Positions 13,011 through 25,660 of a stretch of DNA of 64,000 nucleotides are shown one piece after another. Source of the DNA: Lama guanicoe (Eukaryota); assembly GCA_013239625.1 (NCBI GenBank), contig MU053881.1, forward strand, positions 12,786,879 to 12,850,878, read 5' to 3'. The notes beneath the pieces are model-generated. The model saw nothing but the letters and a program-made list of their open reading frames with translations, did no database searches and had not been told where the DNA came from. The position numbers were made by a program, and so were the translations under genes. Each line of letters starts with the position of its first letter. The first letter of the stretch is position 1.

Positions 13011-14724
13011 AAGAAGTGAGTATTAAAAAACAATAACAATAAAACCACAACAGAACTTACTCAGCAGGGATACTAGACTTTCACGGACTATATGCTCCAT
13101 GTTACCCAAATGATAATATCTGGTGAACTAGACAGCTCTGTGTTTTCCTTAACTTTACAGGTTTAAAGTTTAAAAAATAAATATTTTGTGGTTAAATACA
13201 TTTTCTTCTCAAGTGATCATTGCTTTGGTTAATATTTAATCATGAGAATTAATTTGGTCTTTCTGTTTCCATCAGATATCACTAATGGAAAGTTTCAAAT
13301 TGTCCCTCAAATTGGAGGGTTAATAAGGATTAATAAAATCTGAGAAAACCACTTTGGTAAGAACTGACATGTGAGGAATGAGTGAAGTGAATAAGTGTAG
13401 TGGAAACAGGCAATTTGCTAGGAAGAAAAGCAGAGGAATCGTTTATGCTTGAAAACGAATCCTTTGAGTATTCTATTATTTAGAGGTTTATTTTTGTAAG
13501 TAAAGCTCTTTAAAAAAATACAAGGATAACAATATTCTTTTTTTTTAAGTAGAGCAGTTAAAATGATAATTCTTGGAGTGAAAAAAAACCTGGATCATAT
13601 TCTGCCTTCAACATTGACTAATTTTACAGGAGAAGTGCCATTCTCCCAAAACATTTTTGTTTGTTTCCCTAGAGAGATTCTCAGTTCCTTTGTCTTTGAG
13701 GCAGAGATAGTACAATGTGGATTTTCAACTGTTCGTGTGTGTTGTTTTGTTTTGTTTCAATTGAGAGAGCAGATTCTCCATGATTCTGACTATTGTTTTA
13801 TGATGGCAGTTCATGAGGTATTAAAAACATTCTCTTTGTCCAACCTTTTCTTTAAGGAATAAGGTAACATTCTTTATAATTTTATCTGTATTTTTGAGGA
13901 AAGACATGTTTCCTTACCTTCTCTTCAAACCATTTCTTAGACATATGTGTTTCAATCTGTCATTTAAAAGTATTTCTTCATCAACTCATTGTACCTTTTC
14001 AAGAAGAATCAACATTTCTAGAAAAATTTTAGTTGCCATCTGCACAGAGTGGTCTTGACCACAGCATTTCAGTTGTATAATGTACTGCCTTCCAGACATC
14101 ACACAACCTTAGGGAAATATCAAGGATGTGCATTTATGATCTCTGCACACAGTGAAATCTCAAGGAAATCAGCCCTTTACACCTTTCATCTCAAAATGCC
14201 CAAATCAACTGTGCGTTAAAATTGAGTGGTTCAGGGAAATGCTTACCAGTGTCATCTCCATAACCTCTTACAGGGAGCAAGGATGATGCTATAAAGTTCT
14301 TCCCTGCATTTTAACATCTCTTCAGTCTGCACTTTTGGCATGTGAAAATTAAATTAAGGGAAACAAATTAAATTGCCAAATTCTATTCTATGTCAGTCTT
14401 TTTATACATTCCTCTAAAGCTAAAATGATTCAGGTTTTGTTTTGAAGGTTGCTTTACTGTAGAAAATCACCGAGACAAGATTGCTCACCTAGGCAGCAGC
14501 CGTGACTCCTACCAGCATACTGCTTCCTTTTCAGAGAGCTATCTTTCAGATGTCAGTGAATGCCTTGCTTTTCCTAGTGCTGATTTCATGGTTCTGGGTA
14601 AGGATGATAGCATGCAAAATGCATGGTAAATCTCAGTAAATAAATCAGGGTGTGTTACCTTTGGGAAGTTCATATACTTAATAGTTTTTATACTTATCTG
14701 TTACTCTTTGGAGTAGTGGTTCAA

Positions 14725-14830
14725 TCAGGATCACTGTGTACTGCTGTTCATGTGGTGCACTGCACAACTCCAAGGGGTGCCATTCATTGTACTTTCTTGT
14801 CAGCACCATTTGAATTTGTGCACCACATCA
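14725..14830. mobile_element. MER91-like hAT-Tip100 fragment
   Basis: gtggtgcactgcacaactccaaggggtgccattca. Confidence 0.7.
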
Positions 14831-15074
14831 GGGGAAAATGATATAACAGTGATACAATAGAAAGAACATTGAGCATTAGAGGAATGCAATTCCTTACCTG
14901 ACTTGGCCAATGCTGATCCATTATCTTGATAAAAATTGTAAAGAATAAAAGCATAATCTCGTCTGGCTGATCACCTTATATCACTAATGGTTGTTATACT
15001 TTAGTGCCTGTTTTTTCATTTTGTTCACAATCATATTGACGAGAAGTCTGTACAGAAAATAATAGCAACTGACA

Positions 15075-15930
15075 TTTTTTAAACAATAGCTTTGAGTTAT
15101 AATCCACATAACATGCTACTTACCAATTTAAAGTGTACCATTCAATATTTTTTTAGCATATTCACAGAATTGTGCAACCATCAACATGGTTTTACAACAT
15201 TTTCATCACCCCAAGAAGAAACTTTGTTTCCATTAGCTTTGAATCCCTGTTACCCACCAACTTCGCTGACTCCCACGTTCTAGTCTTGGGAAACCATTAA
15301 TCAACTTTTTATATCTATTGATTTGCTTGTTTCAGACATTTCATGTAAATAGCACCATACAACAGGTAGTCTTTCGTAACTGACTTTTTTCATTTAGCAT
15401 AATGCTTTCAAGGCTGGTCCAAGTTGTAGCATGCATCAATACTTCACTTCTTTTTATTGCTGAGTAATGTTCCATTATATGTATATACCACATGTTGCTT
15501 ATCAGATCATCAGGTGATGGGCTTTTGGGTTTTCCTCACCCTTCAGCTATTATGAATAATGCTTCTGTGACATTTTTGTACAAGTTATTTTTGTGTGTGT
15601 GTGAACATGTTTTTATTTCTTTGGGGTATACCGGTGGCGGTGGAATTGTTAGGTCAAATAACTCTATGTTTACCATTTTGAGACACTGTTAGATTGTTTT
15701 CCAATGTGGCTGTACCATTTTACAATCCTACCAGTAGTGTATGATCGTTCCAGTTTCTCCACATCCTCAAGAACACTTGTTATTATCTGTCTTTTTAATT
15801 ATAGCTATCCTAGTGGGTACAAAGTGGCATCTCATTGTATTTTGATTTGCATTTCTCTGATGGCTAATGATGTGCTTTGGGGGCATTTGTGTATCTTCTT
15901 TGGAGAAGTGTCTATTCGGCAATCAATTTT
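15075..15930 (-). mobile_element. Old L1 (L1MB-like) 3' end
   Basis: ccaatttaaagtgtac...tattcacagaattgtgcaaccatca...gcatttctctgatggctaatgatg. Confidence 0.9.
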
Positions 15931-16459
15931 TAATTGTTTCTCAAATAATAATTTCTTAGTAAAAACGTGTATGTCCTCAAATTCTTAATGAGTAAGAAAT
16001 ACTAGATTTTTTTTCATCCCAAGTTTAATATTCTGTCATTTTATATGATGTGTATAATCTGAAGTGGGTACACAGCCCACTGTATCTTTCCCCACCACAC
16101 TATATACGCCAAGAAAACAAGTACAGTCTGTTTTAATTATTGTTGATTTTTAGCAGCTAGTATTAGACTTTCAATATAATAGATATTAAAATTTTATTTA
16201 ATGGATCAATAAATTGAGCTGTCTCTTGTTCAAAAACACTAACTGATTCTTCTTTTTTGGGACTGATTATATGATCTTTTCTATCCCTGTCAGGTCAGGT
16301 TTATTTGGAAATTATTATAAGTGGTAATACAAACTTAATCACCAGCAACTTAGCCAAAAATTATTATAATTAACCAAAAATATGCTTGATTCAAGAGAAT
16401 ACTATCTCTGAAGAAATGAAGATAATTCTGATCAGATCTTTTGGGTCTTTCTAAGTATG

Positions 16460-16675
16460 ATATTGTGATAGAGGAATATATATATATATATTGTGATAGA
16501 GGAATATATATATTACTCATGCCCAGGTAATGAAACCTTCATTAAAAATCCTAACCAAAAGGGTTTGAAGAGTTTCTGGGTTCATGAACAAGAATCCATG
16601 TGCCAGGAGGGTGGTGTGCTCCACATTCCATGGGGATAGAAGCTCCTGTGCTTGGCACCCTTCTGGACCTCTGTT
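16460..16675 (+). mobile_element. MER21-like LTR fragment
   Basis: gtaatgaaaccttcattaaaaatcc...catgtgccaggagggtggtgtgc...agaagctcctgtgctt. Confidence 0.7.
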
Positions 16676-17004
16676 ACCAACTTCATTATTGCTGAATCTG
16701 GTGTTCCTCATCTTGTGACATCAAAGAGGTTTCCATGCAGCTTTTTCACTCCCTTTGAGATCCTCTGATTCAGAATCACACCTCACCTCCAAGGCACATT
16801 ACTTGGGCTGGGGCAGTCCATCAGTGTTTCTTCATCATATTTAATTGGATACCCATTCCAGAGGTCTCTCCAGGTCCTTACCAGCTTCTTACTGCTTCCT
16901 TATCTCTCCTTGAGAACTCAGCATGGCCAGAGGACTTTACCCTGTTTTTGATGGACCAGCTTAATTTGGGAGACCATCTGCTGGGTGACACTTCAAGATC
17001 AAGG

Positions 17005-17080
17005 GCACCAGAAGCAACAGAATACACATTCTTTTCTAGTGCCAGTGGAACGTATAACAGTGTGGACCATGTCTTGGTCC
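17005..17080 (+). mobile_element. L1 ORF2 endonuclease-domain fragment
   Basis: Translates as PEATEYTFFSSASGTYNSVDHVL, compared with L1 EYTFFS...IDH. Confidence 0.8.
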
Positions 17081-17084
17081 TTAT

Positions 17085-17812
17085 TGGCCAAAATAAAAAA
17101 TAGTAACAACACCAAATGCTGACAAGAATGCCAAGAAACTGGAGCACTTTTGGAAATGTTAAATGCTACAGCTATTCTGGAAAACAGTTTGGCAGTTTCT
17201 TAAATAACTAAACATGCAACTACCATATGACTTATTAATTGCATTCCTTGGGCTTTGTCACAGGCAAATGAAAACACATTCACCCAAAATCTGCATATGA
17301 ATATTTATAGCAGCTGTATTCATACTAGCTAAAGACAGGGAACAATCCAGATGTCCTTCAGTGAATGAATGGTTGTGAAGTACTACTCAGCAATAAAAAG
17401 GAACAAACTCTTGATACATGCAACCTGAATGAATCTCCAGAGAATTATATTGAGTGAAATAAGCCAATCTCCAAAGATTAAATACTGTATGATTCTCTTT
17501 ACATAATGTTCTTGAAATGAAAAAAGTTACAGACACAGAGAACAGATTAGTGACTACCGGGAACTAAAGAGGGGCTAGGGCTGTGATTGAAGTGGATATG
17601 GTTGTAAAAAAGCAACACGTGGGCTACTTGGTGATGGATATATTTTGTAACTTGATGGAATCAGTACTAATATCCTAATTTGGATATTGTACTATAGTTT
17701 TATAAGATGTTTCCATTGGGTGAAACTGGATAAAGGTACACAGGATCTTATATTACTTCTTAAAACTGTACGTGAATTTAAAATTACTTCATAAAAAGGT
17801 TTAATTATAAAA
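17085..17812 (+). mobile_element. Old L1 (L1MC/MD-like) 3' end
   Basis: ctggaaaacagtttggcagtttctt...tactactcagcaataaaaaggaacaaact...tgtactatagtttt. Confidence 0.9.
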
Positions 17813-20800
17813 CAGAAAATACAGTGTATCCTTACATATTTGTCTATAGAAAACAAACAGAAAAAAAGCAATGTATCCTTTCATCTTTGTCTGTAGACTG
17901 ACGTTTGAAAATTCTTGTGTAACTCATAGTCATCCATCTTCCAAAGTGATAAGTAGAAATTGACTCAATAAATATCTAACAATAATGTTTAAAGCACAGA
18001 CACTTATTTATAAATCATGCACAAAACTTAAATCTTCTCCACAGCTGTAAGCCTGTGTATGACAGCTCCAATCACGGAGTTGAGAGCTCAGTATAATGCT
18101 CACAGAGGTTGTAGCTAGCAGCTAGCATAAAGACAACAAAAAGTGAAGCCATCAATTTGACACTCAAAGTAGCCCTAAAGACATATTATACCCAATATAC
18201 CTGGCTACTACTGACTTAAAATAACTAAGAATTATACAGAAATATAGAAAATTTAATATATGTTATTTTACCTTGAGTAAATGGGATATAGGTTATAAAA
18301 AATTGGTTTCCTGTTTTTATTTTATAGAAGACTGTTTACCATTTGTGCTTCCAGGGAAGTTGAGGTCAACTAGCTAATTTATGCTAAAGGCTTTGCTCAC
18401 GGCTGTTGAAGTTGTGTGAATAGGATCTTCCAGTCTTTATAATCCTGCTAATTCATTATTCAGACTAGCAAAATGATTTCTGTATAAAGATTTTCTGTGA
18501 ACACCCTTTTATAGTTATTTCAAGACTCTTTTGAGTCAATGTTCACCAATATAACGTACTGTACTATATGGTTAGATTCTCAAAAGAGTTATCACTTCTA
18601 TTTTCAAACTTGCATGTCCAGGGCAAAGCTAGCTATTCTGTGTCACGTGGGACTTTAGTAATGACTTGTTGCCTCCTGTTGACTCTACATCAGCAAAAAT
18701 TACTTCTTAAAACAGCTTCCCAAACTAGGTTGCAGGTTTGCTAATGTGTTGATTTCCTGCCCAATATCTTACGTTTTCCAATGGTGAGATCTTTGCTGCA
18801 ATTAAATCTCAAATTCGGTTTGTTGCTAAGAGACTTCCTGGGCACTGACCACTTGGGGCTCCAACTGTCAAGCAACTTTTCTTCTTGTTACACTTTGCTG
18901 TTGCTACTGGCTCTTGAGTCCACGTGTTAAGCACAGGCCATGCCCACACTCGTCTTCTCTTAGTCTCTTGGGTCTTGCCTTCTCTGTCAATAATGGCACC
19001 TTAGTCTTGACAGAAACAGGTCCTGATTATCAAAGGCTATGCAGGGTTGTTCTTTGTTTAGGTGATGAATTGGGTAGTGTAAGTCAGGTATTGCATACTT
19101 TGAGATCAACCAACATTGTAAAAGAAGGATTAAAGTATAAAAATTATAAAGTGCTTTATTTACTTTGTAATGAGTGAGAGCTCAATAATTATTTGCTGAC
19201 TGGAATATTTTCTATATTTTAACATTGACCCAAGAGCTCCAGAATAATGTATATGTCAGATTGTACAAATCAAGCATTGCACATGATGGCAGAGGCACAG
19301 CGTAAAGGATAAATAGGGGGGAAATCTGGCATCCAACCAAAGCTATAACTTTTAATGAATTGGCTTTTTAACAAGCTTCCCTGCCAATTACTGTCACAGA
19401 ATCATATTAACATAAAGCAATCTCTGTTTCTGATTTATTTGTTGTTTTAAGGCTACACATCTTATGTCTTCTTTGCTTCGGCTTAACTCTGTGACTTCAA
19501 ACGTGATTTATACATTATTATAATCATTACAATCTTGAAACAATGGGGGTTATGGTCTGAGTGTTTCTACAGTAATGATTTTTTTCTTCAAAGGGGAAAA
19601 GAAATACAGGTCCAAGGATAATGAAATACAAGAGAGAAGTTTCTTCATTTCTATGGAGACTTATGCAATCATTTTATTTGAAATTGGCAGTTTCAAAAAC
19701 AATTTTGCAGTGTTTTGAGTACCAAAGTGCTCCAAGTTAGACTCTTACCTTTTAATCGTGTTCTGTCTGATCTAGATATGTCAGCTAAACACAAAAATCC
19801 CCACGGGATCTTTGTTACCATAGCAGCAAGATTGCAGCTTCCAGTATCTGTGTAATGATGAACTGACACGTTTTCAGCATAAGGTGCTAAGTGGAGGTTT
19901 GTTTCACTAATTGGGTGGCAAAAATAATCAATTCCTTCATGATTAATGAAGTCACACATTATGTGGTAGGCAAACCTGACACACTTTTAAACTAGTACTT
20001 TATGTTTTAGAGGGAGGGGTAAAAATGATAGAAATCATTTTTCAGTTCTTCAGGTTAACTAATAAGAAAGGCCTACGTTTCTGGGTCTGTCTCACTCCCT
20101 AATAGCAGATGCGCTTTGTGCTTTGTTTAGGTTTTAAAGTCATTAGCCATGTTAGCATTTTATATGATTTAGGATCAAAAGGATGATAGTTTGAGTTTGA
20201 TGTTTGCTTTGATGGCAGAGGACAGAAATGGATTGTAAACGTTTCTTAATCTTACTGCTCTGCTGGATGTTTACTGGACTTTCAGAAGCCGGTGCTTTCT
20301 CTTATCTAAACGAACTTCCATTTATGAAGTATGTTTTTGATGAATAGAACATCTTGAGTAATTGAGTATATTGATTAATAGAATAATACTGTACCCTCAG
20401 GGTGAATTAAATACGGTCCTCATCCTTTAGAGGTTTATAATCAAGGTGAAATTATAGGATATATAGACATGGTAATAGCTTTCATGAGACTACCAAATAT
20501 CATATAGACCAAGGCTTCCCAATTCAGAGCAAGTGGGAAAAACTACATAACAATTCTTAAACTTGGGAGACCCTTAGTTCGGGGACTTACAAGTGACTGG
20601 GACTGCTCGGATAGTCGGTTGTCCTTAGACAGTGGGTCCTCCATTCTGCAGAACATTTGGGAGAATCCTTTCTACTCTACTTCCTGGGCCTCCAGAATGT
20701 AAACATTTTTCTTTGGTTTACTCAGAACACTCTACTTTTTTTTTTCCTCTTTCTCCTGACCTTTCTGCAAACCCTGCTTTTATAAAAGCACAGAGTCCAT

Positions 20801-21949
20801 GATCAAGAAAGGAAATGAAAGGGAAGCATAGGGATGAGTGCTTTGTGTGGTACTCAAGGGGAGACACAGTTACTTTTTAGTCAAGAATGTATGCTGATGC
20901 CAGCATCTTTTTTGAATCTTTGTTTCTACTTTGACATAGGCTGCGAGAAGGGGAAGACTGTTCTCAGGAGATACCTGAGCTATAACCCTGACACATATTT
21001 AGCACCTAGCCCACTATATTTATGTACACGCGCGCACACACGTATCTGTTGTTAAAAAAATAGTAGTGATCATGATGAAATGATAAGGACAGACTACGTA
21101 TGCTGAAATGCTATGGAATTGGATATACATAGTGAAATAATATAGGACAGACCACGCATAGGTAAATGATACAGGGCAGGTTATACATGGTTTAGGAATT
21201 CAGAAAAGAAGATTACTTCAGAATGGACTGATTGCATACGTTGTAATAGAGTGGAAGGGCATTACGGTGAGCACAGGAGAGCTGAGGAGGATACTCGAGG
21301 TCATGGTGACCTAGGAAATTAGAAGCAGGAATGAGCAGGGTGTGTGTGAAGGGCAGTATCAAATAGAGCAGCAATGTAGTTGGTCTGGGAGGTTGTATTT
21401 GAGGTTGTTTAGGTCACTTTCTTTCTCTGGAGAGGGTGAGACCCGAGGTCATTTTGGGTACAGATCTTCCATCCCAGGACTGAGTAAGCTGTACTGTCTG
21501 TCTAGACGGGTGAAATCCCCTTTTATGACTTCCTAGGAGTCTTACTTGAAGCTGTGGGCTTGTGTGAAAAGGACGCCCTTACAAATGCAAGAGTATCATT
21601 TTTGGGGTCAAAATATATTCTCTAGGACAGGCCCTGATTGCACCGATGACCATAAACCTAGTGGACTTCTCAAGTATCACAGGGTCTGTGAGATATTTCC
21701 AGTGTCCTGAATCCCTACTGGAAACCACATATTACCCACTCTCAGTTTATAAATGCATAACATTTATAAAACTAAAATACAGCCATCCTCACTCTAGCTC
21801 ATGATAGTCTAAATTATGTAGTGCCATGTATGTCCTCATGGTTCAAAAAACTCATGATACGTAGAGTTTGAAAGATACTTTACAAAAAAACAGTGTCCAT
21901 GATCTAGAAAATGAATGAAAGGGCAACATAGTGGTAAAATTTGGGGAAT

Positions 21950-22065
21950 TACTTATTCATTCATTCATTCAAGAAGTTATTCCACTTCTTTGTGCCAGAC
22001 ACTTTGCCCAGCATTGGGAACACAATAATGAGTAAGGCAAAGGGCCTCACTCTTAATGAGCTTGT
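21950..22065 (-). mobile_element. L2 3' end
   Basis: (ttca)n tail followed by tgtgccagacact...ttgggaacaca. Confidence 0.8.
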
Positions 22066-22376
22066 CAGACAAATGACTTGTTACCGTATCTTAGAATCAT
22101 TCAGCTTTGTCCATACTTTGCCAAGGCCTTGGGTTTATCTTTGAAGGGAAGAGGCATAAATTCATTGAAAAATATGTGTCAACAGGCATTCCTTTCAGAC
22201 AAAGTGTTAAGAAGCATTAAGATCCATTGTCTGGGTTCCAGTAGATGATTGATTTAACTAAGAGTTAGCACTTGTGCATTTTCAGTGAAAATACCCCCAA
22301 AAGAAATCTAAGTGGGTAGAAATTAACTCTCATTTAATTCAATGAGAAAAAAGAAGAATTGTCATAAATAATTGTG

Positions 22377-22388
22377 TGAGAGAGAGAG

Positions 22389-22418
<30 letters not shown>
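22377..22418. repeat. (GA)n(GT)n compound microsatellite
   Basis: Seen directly. Confidence 0.95.
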
Positions 22419-22419
<1 letters not shown>

Positions 22420-22914
22420 TTCGGCTTATGCATTCCTGGGCCTCACAGCTGCTTCAACATAGTTACACTAATAAAAGAGACAGATGTTGGCTGAAACAGA
22501 AAGGCTACAAAAGCCATGCAGAAAATTGCATAAGTAGTCTTCAACTATACATCGTGCCTTGTTTAAAACAGTGTCATGAACCCATAGGAATGTACGTTGG
22601 AGATCAGCAGATCCATCGGGCTTAAAGAAACTCACCCTCTTTTCTCCTATGCTTTGTCTTCTCTTCTTTTATCAAAATTAAAGTGTGACAAGTACTTAGA
22701 CATGAACATTTTAAAATACCTTTTATCATTTCAATTAACCTGCTTAATTTCAGGAGCAAGTTTTCCAGTTTTCAGAAATTTAATTGCCTATTGTTACAGC
22801 TCTAATGTAGCAAAAAAGAGACATTGGTCTGTCACTGCTTTACAAAGGAAGTCCTGTGGATAGATTCCTAGTCTTTGCCCATCACCATGCCTCAGTACTT
22901 CCCCAAAGAGCTCA

Positions 22915-23430
22915 GTATTGGTTAGAATGCTTTCAAACACAACTATTTAAAAAGCTCACTAAGAGTGGCTTCCATATTAAAGGTAGTTGTTCTAATCACA
23001 TGGTGAAAAAGTCTGGTGGGAGGTGGCAGCTTTTGGTGCAGTGTCCCCATGACTGTCTTGACTCTTCATTTGTGGCTGATAGTTGACAGCAGCAGAGCTC
23101 TGCCTGAGGTTCTGACAGGACATGATGTCACACAGGTCGTCAGATGGGTGGATGTAAAAGGATTTTCTCTTGTGTGCCTCTTTGCAAGGAGGGAACTCTT
23201 TTTCTGGAGCACAGAATAGATTCACCTTACTTTTCATTGGCCAGAAATGAATTAATGTCTGTCCCAAGACCAATTTTAGGTAAGGGAAATACAATTTTAA
23301 TGATTTGCTCAGACCAATTATAATTTATTTCCTAAGGAGGGCACATGGCTGCCCAAACAATATTGGAATTCTTTTACCAAGGAAGGAAGGAGAAATGGCT
23401 CCTGTGTAGACAAGAATGTCTGCTACTTGG
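22915..23430. mobile_element. MLT1-type MaLR LTR
   Basis: ggttagaatgctttca...aagtctggtgggagg...ttcattggccagaa. Confidence 0.7.
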
Positions 23431-23597
23431 TTCCGATCTAAACAATGTCCTTCTTTAGTTGTTATATTTTTAATTCTTTACTCTTAACGCTACACCATTA
23501 GCAAACAGTATTTGTATAGTTTCACAACTTTGCAAGGGGTTAACATGTGAGTTATCTTTGTTCTTCAAAACCACCCACAGAGGAAAGAATTGTCTTT

Positions 23598-23930
23598 TAA
23601 TTTTCATTTTTTCTTTTTTTTCTATTTTTTATTGAACTATAGTCAGTTTACAATGTTGTGTCAATTTCTAGTGTACAGCGCAATGCTTCAGTCATACATG
23701 AACATACATATATTCATTTTCATATTTTTTCACCATACGCTACTACAAGATATTGAATATAGTTCCCTGTGCCATACAGTATAAACTTGCTTATCTGTTT
23801 TACGTATACCAGTCAGTATCTGCAAATCTCGAACTCCCAATTTACCCCTTCCTACCCTCTTTTCCCCTGGTAACCCTAAGTTTGTTTTCCATGTCTGTGA
23901 GTCTGTTTCTGTTTTGTAAATAAGTTCATT
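23598..23930 (-). mobile_element. Young L1 3' UTR fragment nested in a MIR (MIR halves at about 23520-23595 and 23935-24075)
   Basis: Homologous to the 7283 and 47150 copies (attgaactatagtcagtttacaatg...atattgaatatagttccctgtgc). Possible TSD attgtcttt/attatcttt. Confidence 0.9.
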
Positions 23931-24604
23931 ATTATCTTTATCAGTGCTTTAGTGATGAGCAAACTGAAGTTTAGCTGGGTGAGGCATCTTGCCCAGAGCC
24001 ACACAGCTTAAAAACAAAAACACCATCAATAACAAAAAACATGGTCAAGATTTTAATCTAAATCTGCTGTAATCTGATAACTACTTTTAAAACTGTTCAA
24101 TTGGTTTATTCTTTGATTGTAACAAAAGTTGCTTTGTCTCCGCAGTAATGATGCTTGTGTGCTGCAAATAGCCTAGGGAGTGCCTACCTTTCTCTTCACC
24201 TCCTGTTACTGGAGTACTATGAGACTGTAAACAAGATTTACTGTCCCATAGGAGCACTTCATTAGTTATTACAGAATAATTCATTAAGCGACAGCTCTAC
24301 CAAAAACTGTGTTATGAAGATAGCATAGCACACAAAGCATTCATGGCTGCTAGCATTTAGAATCTGAGAAACATGACAGAACGTTAAATACTGTGTCACA
24401 TTAAAGTGTCATACGTGCTCTGAGGGGAAGTAGGGGGTGTGTTGAAAGCACTTAGTCAAAGCATCAAATCAAGTTATTGGGAGAAGTGAAGGTTAGAAAC
24501 ATTTTCCAGAGAAATTGCTATGTAATCTGATACTTTGGAAGTTAAAAAGAGGAAGACAACAGTGCTCAAAAGTGTAGTGGTTACTCAGTAAATATTTTAA
24601 TGCC

Positions 24605-25425
24605 TTTAAAAAAAGAGCTTTGTTGAGATATAATTCACATTGCATGCAGTTCACCCGTTTAAAGTGTACAGCTCAATAGTTTTTAATATATTCTCATAGT
24701 TATACACTTATCACAACTACCAATTTTAGAACATTTTTTATTACTCCCCCCAGAAAACTCACACTCATTAGCAGACACCCGCACAGTCCTTATATTCCCC
24801 GACCTACAGTGGTAGGCAACTACTCATCTACTTTTTGTCTCTATAGATTTGCCTATTTTGGACAGTTTATATAAATACAATCATACAACATGTGCTCCTT
24901 TGTAACTGAATTCTCTTTGCTTAGCGTAATGTTTCAGAGTTCATCAGTGTTGCGGCATGTATCAGTGCTTCATTCCTTTTTACTGCCAAATAGTATTCCA
25001 TTGCATGGAAAGAACATGTTTTATTTATCCATTCTTCATCTGATGGATATTGGGTTACATCACTTTTTTGGCTATTATGAATAATGATGCTATGAACATT
25101 TACATGCAATTTTCTGTGTGGTGTTGTATTGTAAGAATCCCTCATCATATACATGATTTGCAAAATTCTTCTCCTATTCCATGAATTGTCTTTTCACTTT
25201 CTTACTGATGTTCTTTGAGGCAAAACTTTTAATTTTGATGATGTCTATTTATGTATGTTTTTGTTGTTTCTGGTGCATAATTCAAGGTCATGAAGATTTA
25301 TGCCTACATTTTATTCTAAGATTTTTTTTAGTATCTTCTAAGATTTTCCAGCTTTTTTTTTTTTAAATAGCTCTCACCTTTAGGTCTTTGACTCCATTTT
25401 GAGCTGATTTTTGCTGATTTTTGTG
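24605..25425 (-). mobile_element. Old L1 (L1MB-like) 3' end with an internal deletion
   Basis: gagatataattcac...tttaaagtgtaca...tctctatagatttgcctattttggaca. Confidence 0.9.
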
Positions 25426-25466
25426 AGTTGAATGCTTTATTGAATGATTGAGATTCTTCTTCAGGT

Positions 25467-25660
25467 CAGTGACTATTCTTCAAAATATGTCTGAGGTCCA
25501 GCAAAATCGGCATCACCTGGAAGCTTGTTAGAAACGTAAATACTCAGGTTTCCTCTTCAGACCTAGAGTCAGAATCTCTGGGGGTATCACTCAAGAATTT
25601 GCATTATCTCAGGTTTTCGGGTGATTCTTCCACACTGTAAAGTTTGAAAAGCACTACCTC
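25467..25660. mobile_element. MER5A hAT-Charlie element
   Basis: gcatcacctggaagcttgttagaaa...tcagaatctctgggg...aaagtttgaaaagcact. Confidence 0.85.

Noticed and set aside
21076..21190. Periodic repeats as a possible CRISPR array
   Set aside because: The units are contiguous and degenerate with no unique spacers, and the context is mammalian.
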